Positions 13,250-27,722 of a DNA stretch of 64,000 nt are shown here, piece by piece (position 1 is the stretch's first letter; every line of letters begins with the position of its first letter). The stretch spans positions 209,622,001 to 209,686,000 of the forward strand of contig OZ024742.1 of assembly GCA_964016885.1 (NCBI GenBank), written 5' to 3'. Source of the stretch: Eledone cirrhosa (lineage: Eukaryota). The notes beneath the pieces are model-generated. The model saw only the letters and a program-made list of their open reading frames with translations. It searched no databases and was not told the origin of the DNA. The position numbers and the translations under genes were made by a program.

Positions 13250-13600
13250 GTCTGTGTGTGTGTTATCTATTTATGTGTCTACGATTTAGTAAGCAGCCAA
13301 AATTCTGCTGGCTTCAACCGACGCTGTTGTATGTTTGTGTGTATGTGTGTGTGTGTTATCTTTTTATGTGTCTACGATTTAGTAAGCAGCCAAAATTCTG
13401 CTGGCTTCAACGACGCTGTTGTGTGTATGTGTGTGTGTGTTATCTTTTTATGTGTCTACGATTTAGTAAGCAGCCAAAATTCTGCTGGCTTCAACCGACG
13501 CTGTCGTGTGTTTGTGTGTATGTGTGTGTGTGTGTGTTATCTTTTTATGTGTCTACGATTTAGTAAGCAGTCAAAATTCTGTTTGCTTCAACCGACGCAA
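13250..13600 (+). repeat. Tandem repeat, four units of ~85-98 bp
   Basis: tgttatctttttatgtgtctacgatttagtaagcagccaaaattctgctggcttcaac repeated four times, separated by (TG)n. Confidence 0.9.
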
Positions 13601-14639
13601 TTGATCAACTCAAGATTCTATAACGCATGCACTGCATGCGTTGTATGCACGCACCCTTTGCCCCTATGTATGTAGGTATACCCCTGGAGGTACACCTACA
13701 TATATGAAGTTCTGCGTTGACACACATACAGAAATACAAGTAGAAACAATTGCAAATGAGACATCTCATGTCGTGGGCATGGCCGTAGGAGAAACTACAG
13801 AGCTTCTCGGTGATTTGATATAAATACTTGCAATATATAGGGCTTCACTAAGGTTACTCAAATAATGAGGTTTCTATGTAATCGTTCCACCTTCTAGGAG
13901 GAACAGACGAATACTTCTCAAATTGTATCGTATTCAAATATGAAAACATCATGTAATGTAACGACAGGATGTGAAAGTCTGAATTCATTTTCATCACAAG
14001 CGTGCTTGATCAGGTCTTATATTGGGATAAACAACAATAAAAGCAAGTCAACAGGTACCATATAATAACAATTAGAGTCCATCTAATGGACTTCCACAGT
14101 TTCTGCCTACGCATTTCCATTCAAAATGGAGCTTCATCTTCACATGAGTATTGCAGAATCATAAGGTGCAGAGCAATGGAGTTGAAATGGGAACACTGTG
14201 TATACAAAGGGAAGGTCTTAACTACAAAGCCATACGTTTTATATTCAGGTCTCATAGCGATTGTTCTATCTCCTTATAATATATAACCAGAAATTTCTCT
14301 GTCTGTCTGTCCGACGCGTAGAGAGAGAGTGGGAGTGAAAGAAAGAGACAGACTACAAGAGGGAGATAGCGGGAGGGAGAGAGAGACACGCTGGAAGAGG
14401 GGAAGGAAAGCTATGTCTTGCTGTCTGCATTACGATACATATATATATACACACACACACTGAGCGCGTCATAATGACGTAATGCAGACATCAGTCATAC
14501 AGACATATATTATAAGGGCGCAACGTTATATCTATGTATCTATCTAAAAAGAAAGACTAAGAATTATATAGAGAGAACGCTAAATCGCCTAATGCGGTCC
14601 CTAGGGCATTGAAAATTTGAAATAATTTTTGCTCAAAAT

Positions 14640-14753
14640 ACTCACAGGACCATAAGTATTACATGTCTAAAGTTTGAAAACAATCGGTTGGATGGTTCTC
14701 AAGTTTTAGTGAGCTGACAGACAGACAGACATTCTCTGTTTTAGATATATAGA
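14640..14753 (-). mobile_element. 5' end of a non-autonomous Helitron-like element
   Basis: Minus strand starts TCtatatatctaaaacagagaatgtctgtctgtc, a Helitron-type TC start followed by (GTCT)n. Confidence 0.5.
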
Positions 14754-15324
14754 CTAGCAGAAATCCGCCTAATGGGTGGTTTTCTGCTAGTCTATATATA
14801 TAAGACTGAGGTTGTCTGTCTGTCTGTCTATCTGTCTGTCTACTAAAACGGTCGGCACACATCTCCTCCTAAATCATACGTTCATTTAGATGAAGGTCCG
14901 GCGGAGACATCGGTCAAACAAATTTTCAAATCGACCCACGCCAAGTGCAAAAATCGAATTTGTAATGTATTGATTTTTCAGTTCAAATGTATAAATAGAG
15001 ATGAGAGACGAGTTATTTCCCTTTTATGGCGTCATTCTGTTTACTTATTTACGTTACAAATAAACGACACGTGCAAAGGTACAAAAATACGCGAACAGTT
15101 TTCGGACCAGCACAATTTTAACCTGCAAAATTCATGAGTTCGAAGGTTCAACATTAAGCTTCCATTTTGCTTCATTTCCATTAAAAGGTATTTTAAAACA
15201 ATATTTTTACTTAAAAACAAGCCTATTTGAATACACCGTAAAACAAGAAAATATTTTGTAAAAAAAGCATTGATCTCGAATAAAGCCTTATGAGATTTTC
15301 ATTTAGAAGCAATGATTTTAAACG

Positions 15325-15700
15325 ACAGACAGTTGTGCAGAGAGGTGATATAGGCGATAAAGTTGTGCAGACAGACAGTCGGGCTGATAGACGATGCAGG
15401 CATGCAGACAGACAGTCGTGCAGAGAAGTGATATGGGAGATAAAGTTGTGCAGACAGACATTCGTGTAGAGGGGTGATAGGCGATAAAATTGTGCAGACA
15501 GACAGTCGTGCAGAGATGTGATATAGGCGATAAAGTTGTGCAGACAGACAGTCGTGCAGAGAGGTGATATAGGCGATAAAGTTGTGCAGACAGACAGTCG
15601 TGCAGAGAGGTGATATAGGCGATAAAGTTGTGCTGGCAGACAGTCGTGCAGAGTGTTGATACAGACGATGAATTTGTGCAGACAGACAGTCAAGTGCATC
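15325..15700 (+). repeat. Minisatellite with ~46-bp unit inside Helitron 1
   Basis: gtgatataggcgataaagttgtgcagacagacagtcgtgcagagag repeated about seven times. Confidence 0.9.
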
Positions 15701-16498
15701 AAATACATATGTATGTTAATAAGGGTTTTGACGCTGCTTCGTTCGGTATACTCAACGAAAACAATAGAGACGAAGTAACGCAATTCCAAGTAGGGTGCTA
15801 CATAAGTAGTAGCGAGTCCTTTTGGCGAATCTTCGGTTTTCCAATACAGGATAGGCACCCTTCAATGTGAAATTAGATGTACACCTAGAACACGGTCAAC
15901 GGATGTACTATACCAACAAAATGCCGCTGAATTGGCACAGACCCCAAGGGAGACAATTTTAACTGGATTTTTCAAACTGTGCGAATACGATGACTTCGCA
16001 AAATCATTGCTGTATCCTCGGGTGCCATCATACTACACATGGAATAAAAAAAACATGGAATCGTAGAAAGACTGGCCAACTAGTTATTGGAGTTCCCGGG
16101 ATCAAATTCACTAATTGCTTGGGGCGAGTGTATACGATTCCTCCAAATCAACACAGTTGCTTCTATCTTCGAATGCTACTGCATGAGGCCAAAGGACCGA
16201 CCAGTTTTCAGGCCCTCAGAACTTACGGTAATCGTGTTTGGTCTACTTACAGAGATGCCTGTTTGGCTCGTGGAATGCTTGAAGATGACTCACGATGGGA
16301 TGCAACCTCGGCGGAGAACGATTCATAATACTCAGCTGGAAACCTACGAGAGCTCTTTGCAAAGCTTTTCACTTATGTAACATTTGTGATACTTACACAT
16401 TATGGTTGAAGTTTCGGAAGCAACTGTCAGAGGACTTCCTGCACCAGGCTCAACTACTACTTCCTGACAGAGAAGTAGATTTGAGTGATGATTTATAC

Positions 16499-18607
16499 CA
16501 GGGGTGGGCAATCCCCGGCCCTCGAGTGATTTTTATCCGGCCCGCCATATTACACTAGACACTAATTATCTAATTAGTATCGAATACAGATACAGTAGTT
16601 CACTTCAAGGTCGTGCCGACCTGATGCCCATCACGAATCGCTGCTCATACCGTATATGTTTACAGATACCTTTGTAACATTATCATATTTTCCATTTATT
16701 ATTATTTCCTCTTATCCATCTTTTTCTTGGATTTCCGCCACTCCTTATATCACCTGTATTATTATTTCCTGTGATTTCATGTATGTGTTTTTGTTTCAGT
16801 CAACAAACACAAATGTTGGCTGGAAGTATGCATTTTCGTCAGCGACTGGAAGGTATACTACCTTACGGTTCGCATGACTCGCTTTTATACCCATATTGTC
16901 ATTCAATAAAATCACTCGTGAATTATTGTTGTCTTCGTTTGCCTGACCTTACCTATGCCCCCCAGCACAAGGTAAAGCTGTCCTTGGAAAAATTACTTCG
17001 TTCCCTCCTTCCCAGAGTATTTTCATTTGAGTTTGTTGTCTGGTGGTATAACAACTATACAGTAGGTATCTTTATACGATAATAACGTTTATTTAATTAT
17101 TTGTGATAAATTGTGTGAATTATTATTATTAGAATTAGGCCAAAAGTTGTTTAAAAAAACAAATGGCAACCCTGATCTAACAACGTCGTTAGAAATCTGG
17201 TTTTATATAATTTATTCACAATTATCATATTTTATCGCATTACTGTATTTGCGTTTACATTTGTTTTCATTGTTTCTTATTTCTACATTCTGATTATTAT
17301 ACTTTTTGTTCTTTTTCCTTTCCATAAATCTTTTTTGTTTGAACAAAATCAAGCCCATGGAAGCTAAGAAAAGAAAAGTGGATTTGGAGTGCCGAACTTT
17401 TAACGATGGCTGCACACTTAACTATTTTTTCATTGAGCACTTCGGAAAATGTGTTTGCTTAATTTGTCAAGAAACCATTGCCGTGAAGAAAGTTTCAAAT
17501 ATTAAACGGCACTATGAAACTCGTCATAATCATTACAACAGTTTTACTGGAAAAGCACGAGTAGAGGAAATAATGTAACAAAGCAATCATCCTTTTTCAC
17601 TAGAAAAGTTGAAGAAAGTGACCGAAACACACGTGCTAACTACGAGGTGTCAAAACTAATTGAAGAAAGGATGAAACCTTTTACTGATGGAGATTTCTTC
17701 AAAGAATTATTGTTGAAGGTAGCAGATGTTGTTTGTCCAGAAAAAAGGAAATTAATTTCTGAAATCAGCTTATCGGCAAGAACAGTAACAAGGCGAATTG
17801 AAGAGCTGGCAGCAAATGTCAGAAGTGGCATGGAGGGCATTTTAAATAATCTGGAGTATTATTCCATTGCTATCGATGAAACCACAGATATGAAGGATAC
17901 TTGTCAACTTGCAGTGTTTGTGAGGGGTGTAACACCAACATTTGATGTTGTGGAAGAATTTGTATAATTGATTCCTATGAAGGACACTAGCACTGGAGCA
18001 AATATTTTGGAAAGCATAATAAAATGGATTACCGAAATGAATCTGGATTTATCAAAGCTTTCTGGAGTAATTACAGATGGAGCACCAGCAATGGTTGGAG
18101 AGAAAAATGGGTTTGTTGCATTGCTCCTAAACCACATCGGTATTGATCAAAAACTAATCAAACTTCATTGCACTATTCATCAAGAAGCATTATGTGCAAA
18201 ATCACTGAATGTTAAGGACATCATGGTATTGATCGTTAAAACAGTGAATTTTATACTGTCAAGAGGACTAAATCACCGCCAGTTTCAAGAATTTCTAAAA
18301 CAAATTGAAGCAGAGTATGGTGACCTTACATATTTTTTAAATGTTCGATGGCTTAGCCGCGGGAAAATGATAGAACGAGTATATGCATTGAGAGAAGAGA
18401 TATCTATGTTTTTAGAGAGCAAAGACCAAGATAATTCTTACTTTCAGGATCCACAGTGGGTTGTCAAGTTAGCTTTTTTAGTGGACATCACGACCCACAT
18501 GAACACTTTGAATCTTGAGCTTCAAGGAAAGAACAAGGTTGTATTTGAGATATTTGGTCATAAATTGTATACATTTTATATTGATGTTTGGTCATATATT
18601 GTATAAG
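16499..18607 (+). mobile_element. hAT DNA transposon (SPIN/Buster/GTF2IRD2-like), 3'-truncated, inserted in Helitron 1
   Basis: Left TIR caggggtgggcaa at 16499. 8-bp TSD-like atttatac (16491) and ttttatac (18608). The Helitron reading frame SDDLY|YKGLIDIED resumes after the insertion. Confidence 0.85.
17357..18560 (+). pseudogene. hAT transposase (BED-like zinc finger + DDE core), disrupted
   Basis: MEAKKRKVDLECRTF..CVCLICQE..KRHYETRH; YSIAIDETTD; ITDGAPAMVG; HCTIHQEALC; VRWLSRGK. Contains stops and frameshifts and lacks the C-terminus. Confidence 0.9.
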
Positions 18608-18779
18608 TTTTATACTATAAAGGGCTTATAGACATAGAAGACAGGATTTTCCTTATGGGTGGGAATGCCTTGCCAGCATACGGTCTGCCACAAACCCATC
18701 GCACTGATTCTAATAAAATTCCAACTCTCATCATCTAAGATACATCTTATGATGTCGACACTCTAGCTAGATATGTGTT

Positions 18780-20123
18780 TGAAATGGAACCCAAACTACT
18801 TCCCGATCAGCAATTTGCATACAACACTATCACCGACTATGTATTTCATCGATGGGATGGTATCTTCTTTCTTGATGCCCCTGGAGGCACTGGGAAAACC
18901 TTTGTTACTAACTTCTTCTTGCCAAAGTTAGACAGAATGAAGTTATCGCAATAGCCGTTGCACCATCCGGTATTGCAGCAACACTACTTCCTGGCGGCAG
19001 GACAGCACACTCTACCTTTAAGCTTCCGCTTAACTTCGTATCAGCTGAAACACCGCTCTGTGACATCACCAAGGATAGTCCGAGTGCAGAACTGCTACGA
19101 CGGTACCAACTGATTGTGTGGGATGAATGCACCATGGCTCACAAAGGAGCTATTGAGGCCTTAGATAGAACACTGAAAGACACTAGAGACAGTCAGGGGA
19201 CTTTCGACAAACTTTGACGGTTATTCCAAAGGGCACCAGAGCGGATCAAGTTCGGACATGCCTGAAGTCTTCTCCATTGTGGCAACAGGTAATAACACTT
19301 CGTCTGACCACTAACATACGTGTTCAACTGCATGGCGATACTGTGTCTGAAAAATTTGCTGAAGACCTTCTCATTCTTGGTAACGGCAAAGTACCTTCAG
19401 ATGCGTATGGAGACATTGCACTCGACAATATATGCTGTCTGGTTAACACTGTCGAAGATCCCAAGGCAGCCGTTTTTCCCAACTTGGCAGATAATTACCG
19501 CAATCATACAGGGCTGTGTGAGAGGACTATATTAGCTCCTACAAATGTCACTGTCTCCGCCATTAATCGCCAAATGCTTGAATGTCTTCCTGGAAATAAT
19601 AAGACTTTTAAGTCTATTGATACCAATGTTGATCGACATGATGCGGTCAATTATCCCATCGAATTCCTCAATTCATTGGATATTCCCGGTCTACCTCAAC
19701 ATATTTTGTCTCTCAAGGAAGGATGTCCAGTTATACTTCTCAGAAATATAACCCCTGCCAAGCTTTGCAATGGTACACGCCTTGTTGTCAATAGGATGTC
19801 ACAGCACATTATTTATGCTACGAATATGTCGGGGTGTGGAAAAGGAGAAGATGTTTTAATACCTACGGTAACTCTTACTACAGCAGGAGTGGATGCGCCC
19901 TATTCTTTTAAAAGGACCCAATTTCCCCTTCGTGCTGCCTTTGCTATGTCCATCAACAAGTCCCATGGTCAGACTTTATCTGTGGCAGGACTTCACCTGG
20001 ATGAGCCATGTTTTTCACATGACAATTCTACGTTGGATGTTCTCGAGTTGGCAGCCGTAACAACCTCTTTGCTTTTGCTCCAAACGGAAAAACAAAGAAT
20101 ATTGTATACCGTGAGGTTTTATA
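18780..20123 (+). pseudogene. Helitron 1 Pif1-family helicase, disrupted
   Basis: FLDAPGGTGKT (Walker A), IVWDECTMAHK, LCNGTRL and QFPLRAAFAMSINKSHGQT; frameshifted. Confidence 0.9.
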
Positions 20124-21218
20124 GGGTTTTTTTGTTCAAAACGGCATTGTTACACCGACTGCTTTAAATATATAATGTCTACGAAACCTGTATTCAACAT
20201 CGATGCAGTACATTCTATTGACACCTAGGCCTCTAGGGACCAGCATTGCTTGCAAATCAAAGCGGACTCTGAAATCGATGCTTTCGATTGTTAAGGACGC
20301 CCCTCCAGTCGCTGACAACTTGGCGCATACATACAAAAGTTTTTCCCGTCATTTCTTTCATTGTTTCAATATGCATTCTGACCTAGACAACACGCAACAA
20401 CAGCATTTCTGCTGCGCTGAAGTAAACTTTTGTCATCATTCTCAACTGAATGTGAAGATGCAATGGAAGCAGCATTTCAGCGATTCTTTTTGGTGAATAT
20501 GGCTTTTGCTGCAGCTGTCCATTTCACATGCTGTGGCTGTCTAATATCTGCCCGTCAAACCCACCATGGGTATGTGGTGAGCTCTTCATAGTTCATACTT
20601 AAACATCTACGCTATCACATTGTCAATATTTTTTATCACAGGTGCGAACCTCTTTGATGCTGCCTGCCCCCTCGACTTCGGATAACGTTTTTTTTTTTTG
20701 TTTTTTTTTTGATGTCCATCCAATTTCTTTGTTTCAAAATAACTGATAGTTTGGTTACGCTGATGTTTTTCTCTGAGACAAGTGTTGCAGTGTTTACATT
20801 TTCGATTTTTGTTAGATTACCAGTGCAGTTTTTATCCCCAGCATCCTCTTTTGTTTTAACATTCGGGTTATGGTTATGTTTTCTTAACTTCATAAGGCAT
20901 ACTGCTGGTTGAGGGAATGTTAATCAAAAGTACCACATGAACATCAACACTGTAGACTACAGTTTTTAAGCCAAGAAAGGAACTTAACATTGTAACTTTA
21001 ACACAGCTACTGAGCAGCCCCGAGCAACGCCGGGCTTTACTGCTAGTATATAATAAATTGAATTACAACATATATCACTCGTACACTACTTCAATAATAT
21101 AATTACAAAAAATTGCTCTTTTACTAAATATCAAATCAATTAATGAACGAGAATATATGAATGCGTACTTCTCTGTGTTTCACTCTCGCTCTCTCTCTCT
21201 ATATATAAAGAGAGAGAT

Positions 21219-21295
<77 letters not shown>

Positions 21296-21905
21296 AGAGT
21301 GTGTATACATATATATGTATATATACATATATACATTAAATATTCATATATATATGTGTGTATGTATGTACATATGCATATATGCATTTCATACGTACGT
21401 ACACATACATACATACATACGTACATACACATATGCATGCATACATACAAACAGACGTACTGACAGACAGGCGGACTGACAGACAGACTGGCAGACAGAC
21501 AGACAGACAGACAGACAGACAGGCAAGTAGACAGACAGACAAATAGACAGACAGAATAAGAGAAAGCGGGAGTGAGGGAAATGAACTGACACATTTTTAT
21601 CTCATCATTCTTTTATTATTGAAAACAAAGGTAGTTAATCAGAAAAGGGAGAAAAACAAAACTGTAAGCGTTGAATGAAACTACATTTGCCATTGTCTGT
21701 TTTATTTTCATTCTTCCTTCCCCTCTATTTTTTCTTACTGTCAAGTCATTCCGAAATATTATAGCTGATTCAACAGTCATTCGTTAGCCAGTCTGATAAA
21801 TTGAATTGTAGCAAAGCTCGAGGATATAAAGAGAGTTTCTTTCCTGTCTGCATCGTCCTTTACCATTCATAATTAGGCTGCTGATGATGATGACGATACC
21901 AACGA

Positions 21906-21942
<37 letters not shown>

Positions 21943-21947
<5 letters not shown>

Positions 21948-22146
21948 AACGAGTAGGACCGCGACGGCTGAGCTCAAGCCGCTTCGGCGGCTAATTCTGG
22001 ACAGAATTAGCCGTCGAATTAGCCGTCGAAACGGCTTGAGCTCAGCCGTCGGGGTCCTACTCGTCCCTATTACCCACTTTACTACCCTAAGTATTGAGTA
22101 CTTTGGTGCGTTATGGTCCACCTGGTTCCTTACCACATTTCCTTCG

Positions 22147-22148
<2 letters not shown>
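21943..22148. mobile_element. HHR fold-back element, family B, copy 1
   Basis: Inverted arms 21943-~22000 and ~22002-22070, with right tail 22071-22148, inside (TA)n. Contains the 3' half of an HHR (GAAA cggct-tgagctc-agccg TC gggg). Relatives at 23206 and 63906. Confidence 0.75.
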
Positions 22149-22219
<71 letters not shown>

Positions 22220-22440
22220 TATAAACATGAGAAGAAAGAATACTGCGTGGTTGCACATGGGTTACATATGATAAAAATAGTCCTTCGTCAGTGATTTTCC
22301 GACCTTCATTGGTATTACATCGCTTTAAAAATCATATACCTCCGGTTGGTGCGAGCAATAGCTAAATAAAGCTATTGGGACAAGTAAATCGCGTAAAGCG
22401 GGCGAGACAAGTAAACATAGCAGGATTGATAGCAACACAA

Positions 22441-22494
<54 letters not shown>

Positions 22495-22496
<2 letters not shown>

Positions 22497-22568
22497 TTGT
22501 TTTGCGAGGTTTTTTATATGAAATCGTGTGTCGAAACAAATATTGTTATACTTGTGGTGGGTATAACA

Positions 22569-22572
<4 letters not shown>
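22495..22572. mobile_element. Miniature fold-back of the 3' terminus of the large PLE family
   Basis: tgaaatcgtgtgtcgaaac..atattgttatac matches 25736-25768. 12-bp inverted arms at 22540-22551 and 22561-22572, inside (TA)n. Confidence 0.7.
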
Positions 22573-22610
<38 letters not shown>

Positions 22611-23031
22611 AGGAGGTGAGTTTTATTGTAGAACAATAAAACTATGCATATATAAGCTAAGTAGCACTCAACATTTTATTGAACTGGAGTATATATAAGG
22701 ATAATATACCTAGTTTCTATATCTGTAATTTAAGCACATAAACCTCATCAATTTATTTATTTAAGTATTTCGTCGCCGTATATATTTTTTCAGCCGTTAT
22801 TCACAGCTGTTTTTCAGTTTTGACAGCGTTTCCCGTTAAAAGTCTCTATCTCTCTCCTTTCTCTCTCCTCCTGCCTTCTTAAATTTTTCCTCCGTTATCT
22901 TCTCCTTCTTTTCCTTTTCCCTGTTCCTTCTTTTTTCCAATCTTCTCTCTTTTTTTATATTTGTTTATCATATGTTGACTGACTCTCTTTTTCACAAGTG
23001 TTTTTTTAGGCATCATATCATGTTACCTTAC

Positions 23032-23096
23032 TTTATCTGATGAGTACGCAACTATCGTCCCAGGATGATATTTGTTTTTGAAATGCGCATAATAAA
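23032..23096 (+). ncRNA. Type I hammerhead ribozyme in a PLE 3'-end fragment (~22611-23140)
   Basis: tttat CTGATGA [tatcgtcc-ca-ggatgata stem II] GAAA TGCGCA TA ataaa. The base of stem II is mismatched. Confidence 0.65.
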
Positions 23097-23133
23097 ATAT
23101 ATGGAACTTTCTTAGCCATCTTTTAATTTCTTC

Positions 23134-23205
<72 letters not shown>

Positions 23206-23210
<5 letters not shown>

Positions 23211-23308
23211 AAAAGGTATGACCCCGACGGCAGGGCTCAGGCCGTTTCGACAGCTATTTCTGGACTGATAGATTTATGGTCCATCTGGTTCCTTACCACA
23301 ATTCCTTC

Positions 23309-23312
<4 letters not shown>
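23206..23312. mobile_element. HHR family B, copy 2 (short minus arm joined to the plus-strand tail)
   Basis: ataggaaaaggtatgaccccgacggc..gccgtttcg followed by the family B tail tatggtccatctggttccttaccac; inside (TA)n. Confidence 0.7.
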
Positions 23313-23348
<36 letters not shown>

Positions 23349-23422
23349 AAATCAACTTTTCAAATACAAGTCGATGTTGAACGGTATGTCAAATCTATTT
23401 ATCTATAAAACTGTCTATATTG

Positions 23423-23488
23423 TATTTTGTCTGAGGAAGGCATAGCATATTGTTAATATGATATCCCCGAAATATATATAATGAAATA
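23423..23488 (+). ncRNA. Type I hammerhead ribozyme in a short fragment (~23345-23530)
   Basis: tattttgt CTGAGGA [catatt-gtt-aatatg stem II] GAAA TATATA TA atgaaata. Stem I is 8 bp with GU pairs. Confidence 0.65.
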
Positions 23489-23528
23489 AATATGGTTTTA
23501 TAAATATAGTTTCCATTTATTTAATATC

Positions 23529-25700
<2,172 letters not shown>

Positions 25701-25915
25701 TTCGTTTCTGAATTTGTTTAGCAAGATTCTTTATCTGAAATCGTGTGTTGAAACCGATATTGTTATACTTTGGGAGGGGCATGTTGCCAATAAGAAACAC
25801 ACGCACCAGCTGCTTTCACTTCAATTTAATTTATTATATATTTATAAATTTACAAATTTATAAATTTCTGGTTGGTTGGTTGGTTCCACAACCAGATAGT
25901 TGTTTATATATATAT

Positions 25916-25960
25916 AGTCATAGTTCTTTCGTCACACACTCTGTGACCTCTTCAGTGACT
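25916..25960 (-). ncRNA. PLE pLTR hammerhead ribozyme (left arm)
   Basis: Reverse complement of 29892-29936. Confidence 0.8.
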
Positions 25961-26257
25961 GGGGATTTCTTTCTTCGTTTCTGTGCCTTTCCTTTCTTCT
26001 ATCCTACGCCATTTTGTTTGTGTGTGGGTTGCGTGCTCAGTTTGCGCATGCGCCACATCCGGGTGTCTGTGTGTGTTTGTGTTCATTTTTCTATTTTTCT
26101 ATTTATATTTGTTTGTTTATTTATTTATTTATTGTTGGTTGGTTGTTTGTTCTATGTGTGTGTGTGTTTTCATTTTGTCTTGTGTGTGTTTTCATTTTGT
26201 GTGTCTTTTCAATTGTAAGTTATTTGTTCTATGTGTGTGTGTGTTTTCATTTTGTCC

Positions 26258-27722
26258 TTAATTGTAAGTTGTGATGTTGCTGTTCCACTCATATTTTCTA
26301 TTTAATTTTGGTTTTAATTCTTTTATGCTTACTGCCTCTGTAATTTGCCTAAACATTGCGTCTTTCTTGTGTGTGGATTCTATTTTTATTTCTATGCTCT
26401 CTAATTTACCCCTGTGTTCTATCTTAGCATGTTGGTAGAGCACAGATGATTCTTTACTATCTTGGAGGTCTCGCCAGTGTTCATTTATTCGTTCCCCTAT
26501 ACTACGAGCTGTCTCACCTATGTACACTATATTTTTGTTTCTACATTGTCCTTCAGTACATCTTATGCTATATACTACATTTCTAGTTTTACAGTTAATA
26601 TGGGGGCTTATTTTACAGGTTATACATTTCTTATCTATACATGAGGGTCTTTGGAACGGGTATGTCTTGCTAATAAGTGTTTTTACGGAGGTACCAGGTC
26701 TTTCTACTATCTTAATATTGAGATTATGTTTCTTTAGGGCCCTTCTAAATTTGTAGGCTAGTTCGCCTCTAGGGGTTGTATTGATGAACATTACGCTCTG
26801 GTATTTATTGCTATCATACCATGAGTTTATTCTATTGGCCTTGTCTTAGTTCTTTCTATTCTATTCCAAAATTTGCTCCTATACAAGGGGCAGGTCCCAT
26901 TTATGTCATTATTTACCATTTTTTCCCATTTGGTTCTGGCTCCTTTATACACTCTGATTCTATCTCTCTGATTGTAGCCAGAGAACTGCATACGGTGGAT
27001 GAAGTGTTGTATGTGTCTCTCTAGTTCTTCGGGGTTGCACATGCGGGACACATTTCTCATCACCCGTACCAAATCCGCAATCAGTATGTTGATTTTGGTA
27101 TGGTCCGAAATGGCCGAGTTTCGGTGGATCAGATGTTTGGAAGTCATGGGTTTGGCATAATGGGAATGGAGGATTTGTTTTTGGTTGTTAATAGTATCTA
27201 ACCAGAGCTCTGTGTCTAGTACAGGTAATCGATGGTTGGGGTGTCTACTTGGGTAGTCTATAGTAACTCTAATGCTCTGGTGGATGGAGTTTGCTATTTG
27301 CTGGATGCTTTCCATTGTGTTTTTCTCTGGTTCCTGACTGTTCTTTAGTGGGGGTGTCTTAACTACGATGTGTATATCATCTACGTAGCGGGAGTACATT
27401 ATCAGGGTTAAGCTGTCTTCTAATTGTTCATTAAGTTTTTGTTTAAGTCTACTGTCCCACCATACCATAAATAAGTTAGCTATGTCGCCTGCAATGCTAA
27501 CACCAATGGCTGCTCCTACCTCTTGGGCATATGTTTTACCATTAAATTTGAACATATGTTCCTTAAGGGTTAATTTTATGCTGGCCCCTACCGCATGTGC
27601 AATCATTTTCTTCAGTTCATCGTGGTTTTCGGGTGTCCGTATGGCTCTGGTCCACCCGTTCCATCTATCTGTGTGGGTTTTCTTGGCCATTGAGGTAATG
27701 GTAGGTGGTCTGCCTCTTGCTG
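26258..27722 (-). pseudogene. PLE RT (5'-truncated) + GIY-YIG endonuclease, left inverted copy
   Basis: ORFs 26827-27786 and 26258-26791 are nearly identical to the plus-strand copy: GAAIG, YSRYVDD, VVYSIRC..YIGETARSIGERINEH. Confidence 0.9.

Larger units (their letters stand above)
14791..21046 (+). mobile_element. Helitron 1 (defective, hAT-interrupted)
   Basis: 5' TC at 14791. 3' hairpin gccccgagcaacgccgggc followed by CTAG|T at 21043-21046. Internal Rep-linker remnants (YISSSESFWRIFGFPI; FYLRMLLHEAKGPTSF) and a Pif1 helicase. Confidence 0.9.

Noticed and set aside
13250-15700. CRISPR-like arrays (13250-13600 and 15325-15700)
   Set aside because: These are tandem repeats without unique spacers, there are no cas genes, and the context is eukaryotic.
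22225-22300. Hammerhead on the minus strand (aatca CTGACGA aggact...)
   Set aside because: No GAAA box or closing stems could be found. At best a decayed relic.
27482-27721. N-terminal 80 aa of the 514-aa RT ORF as a novel domain
   Set aside because: It is the antisense reading of the inverted left arm. True RT homology starts at DHK (~27722).
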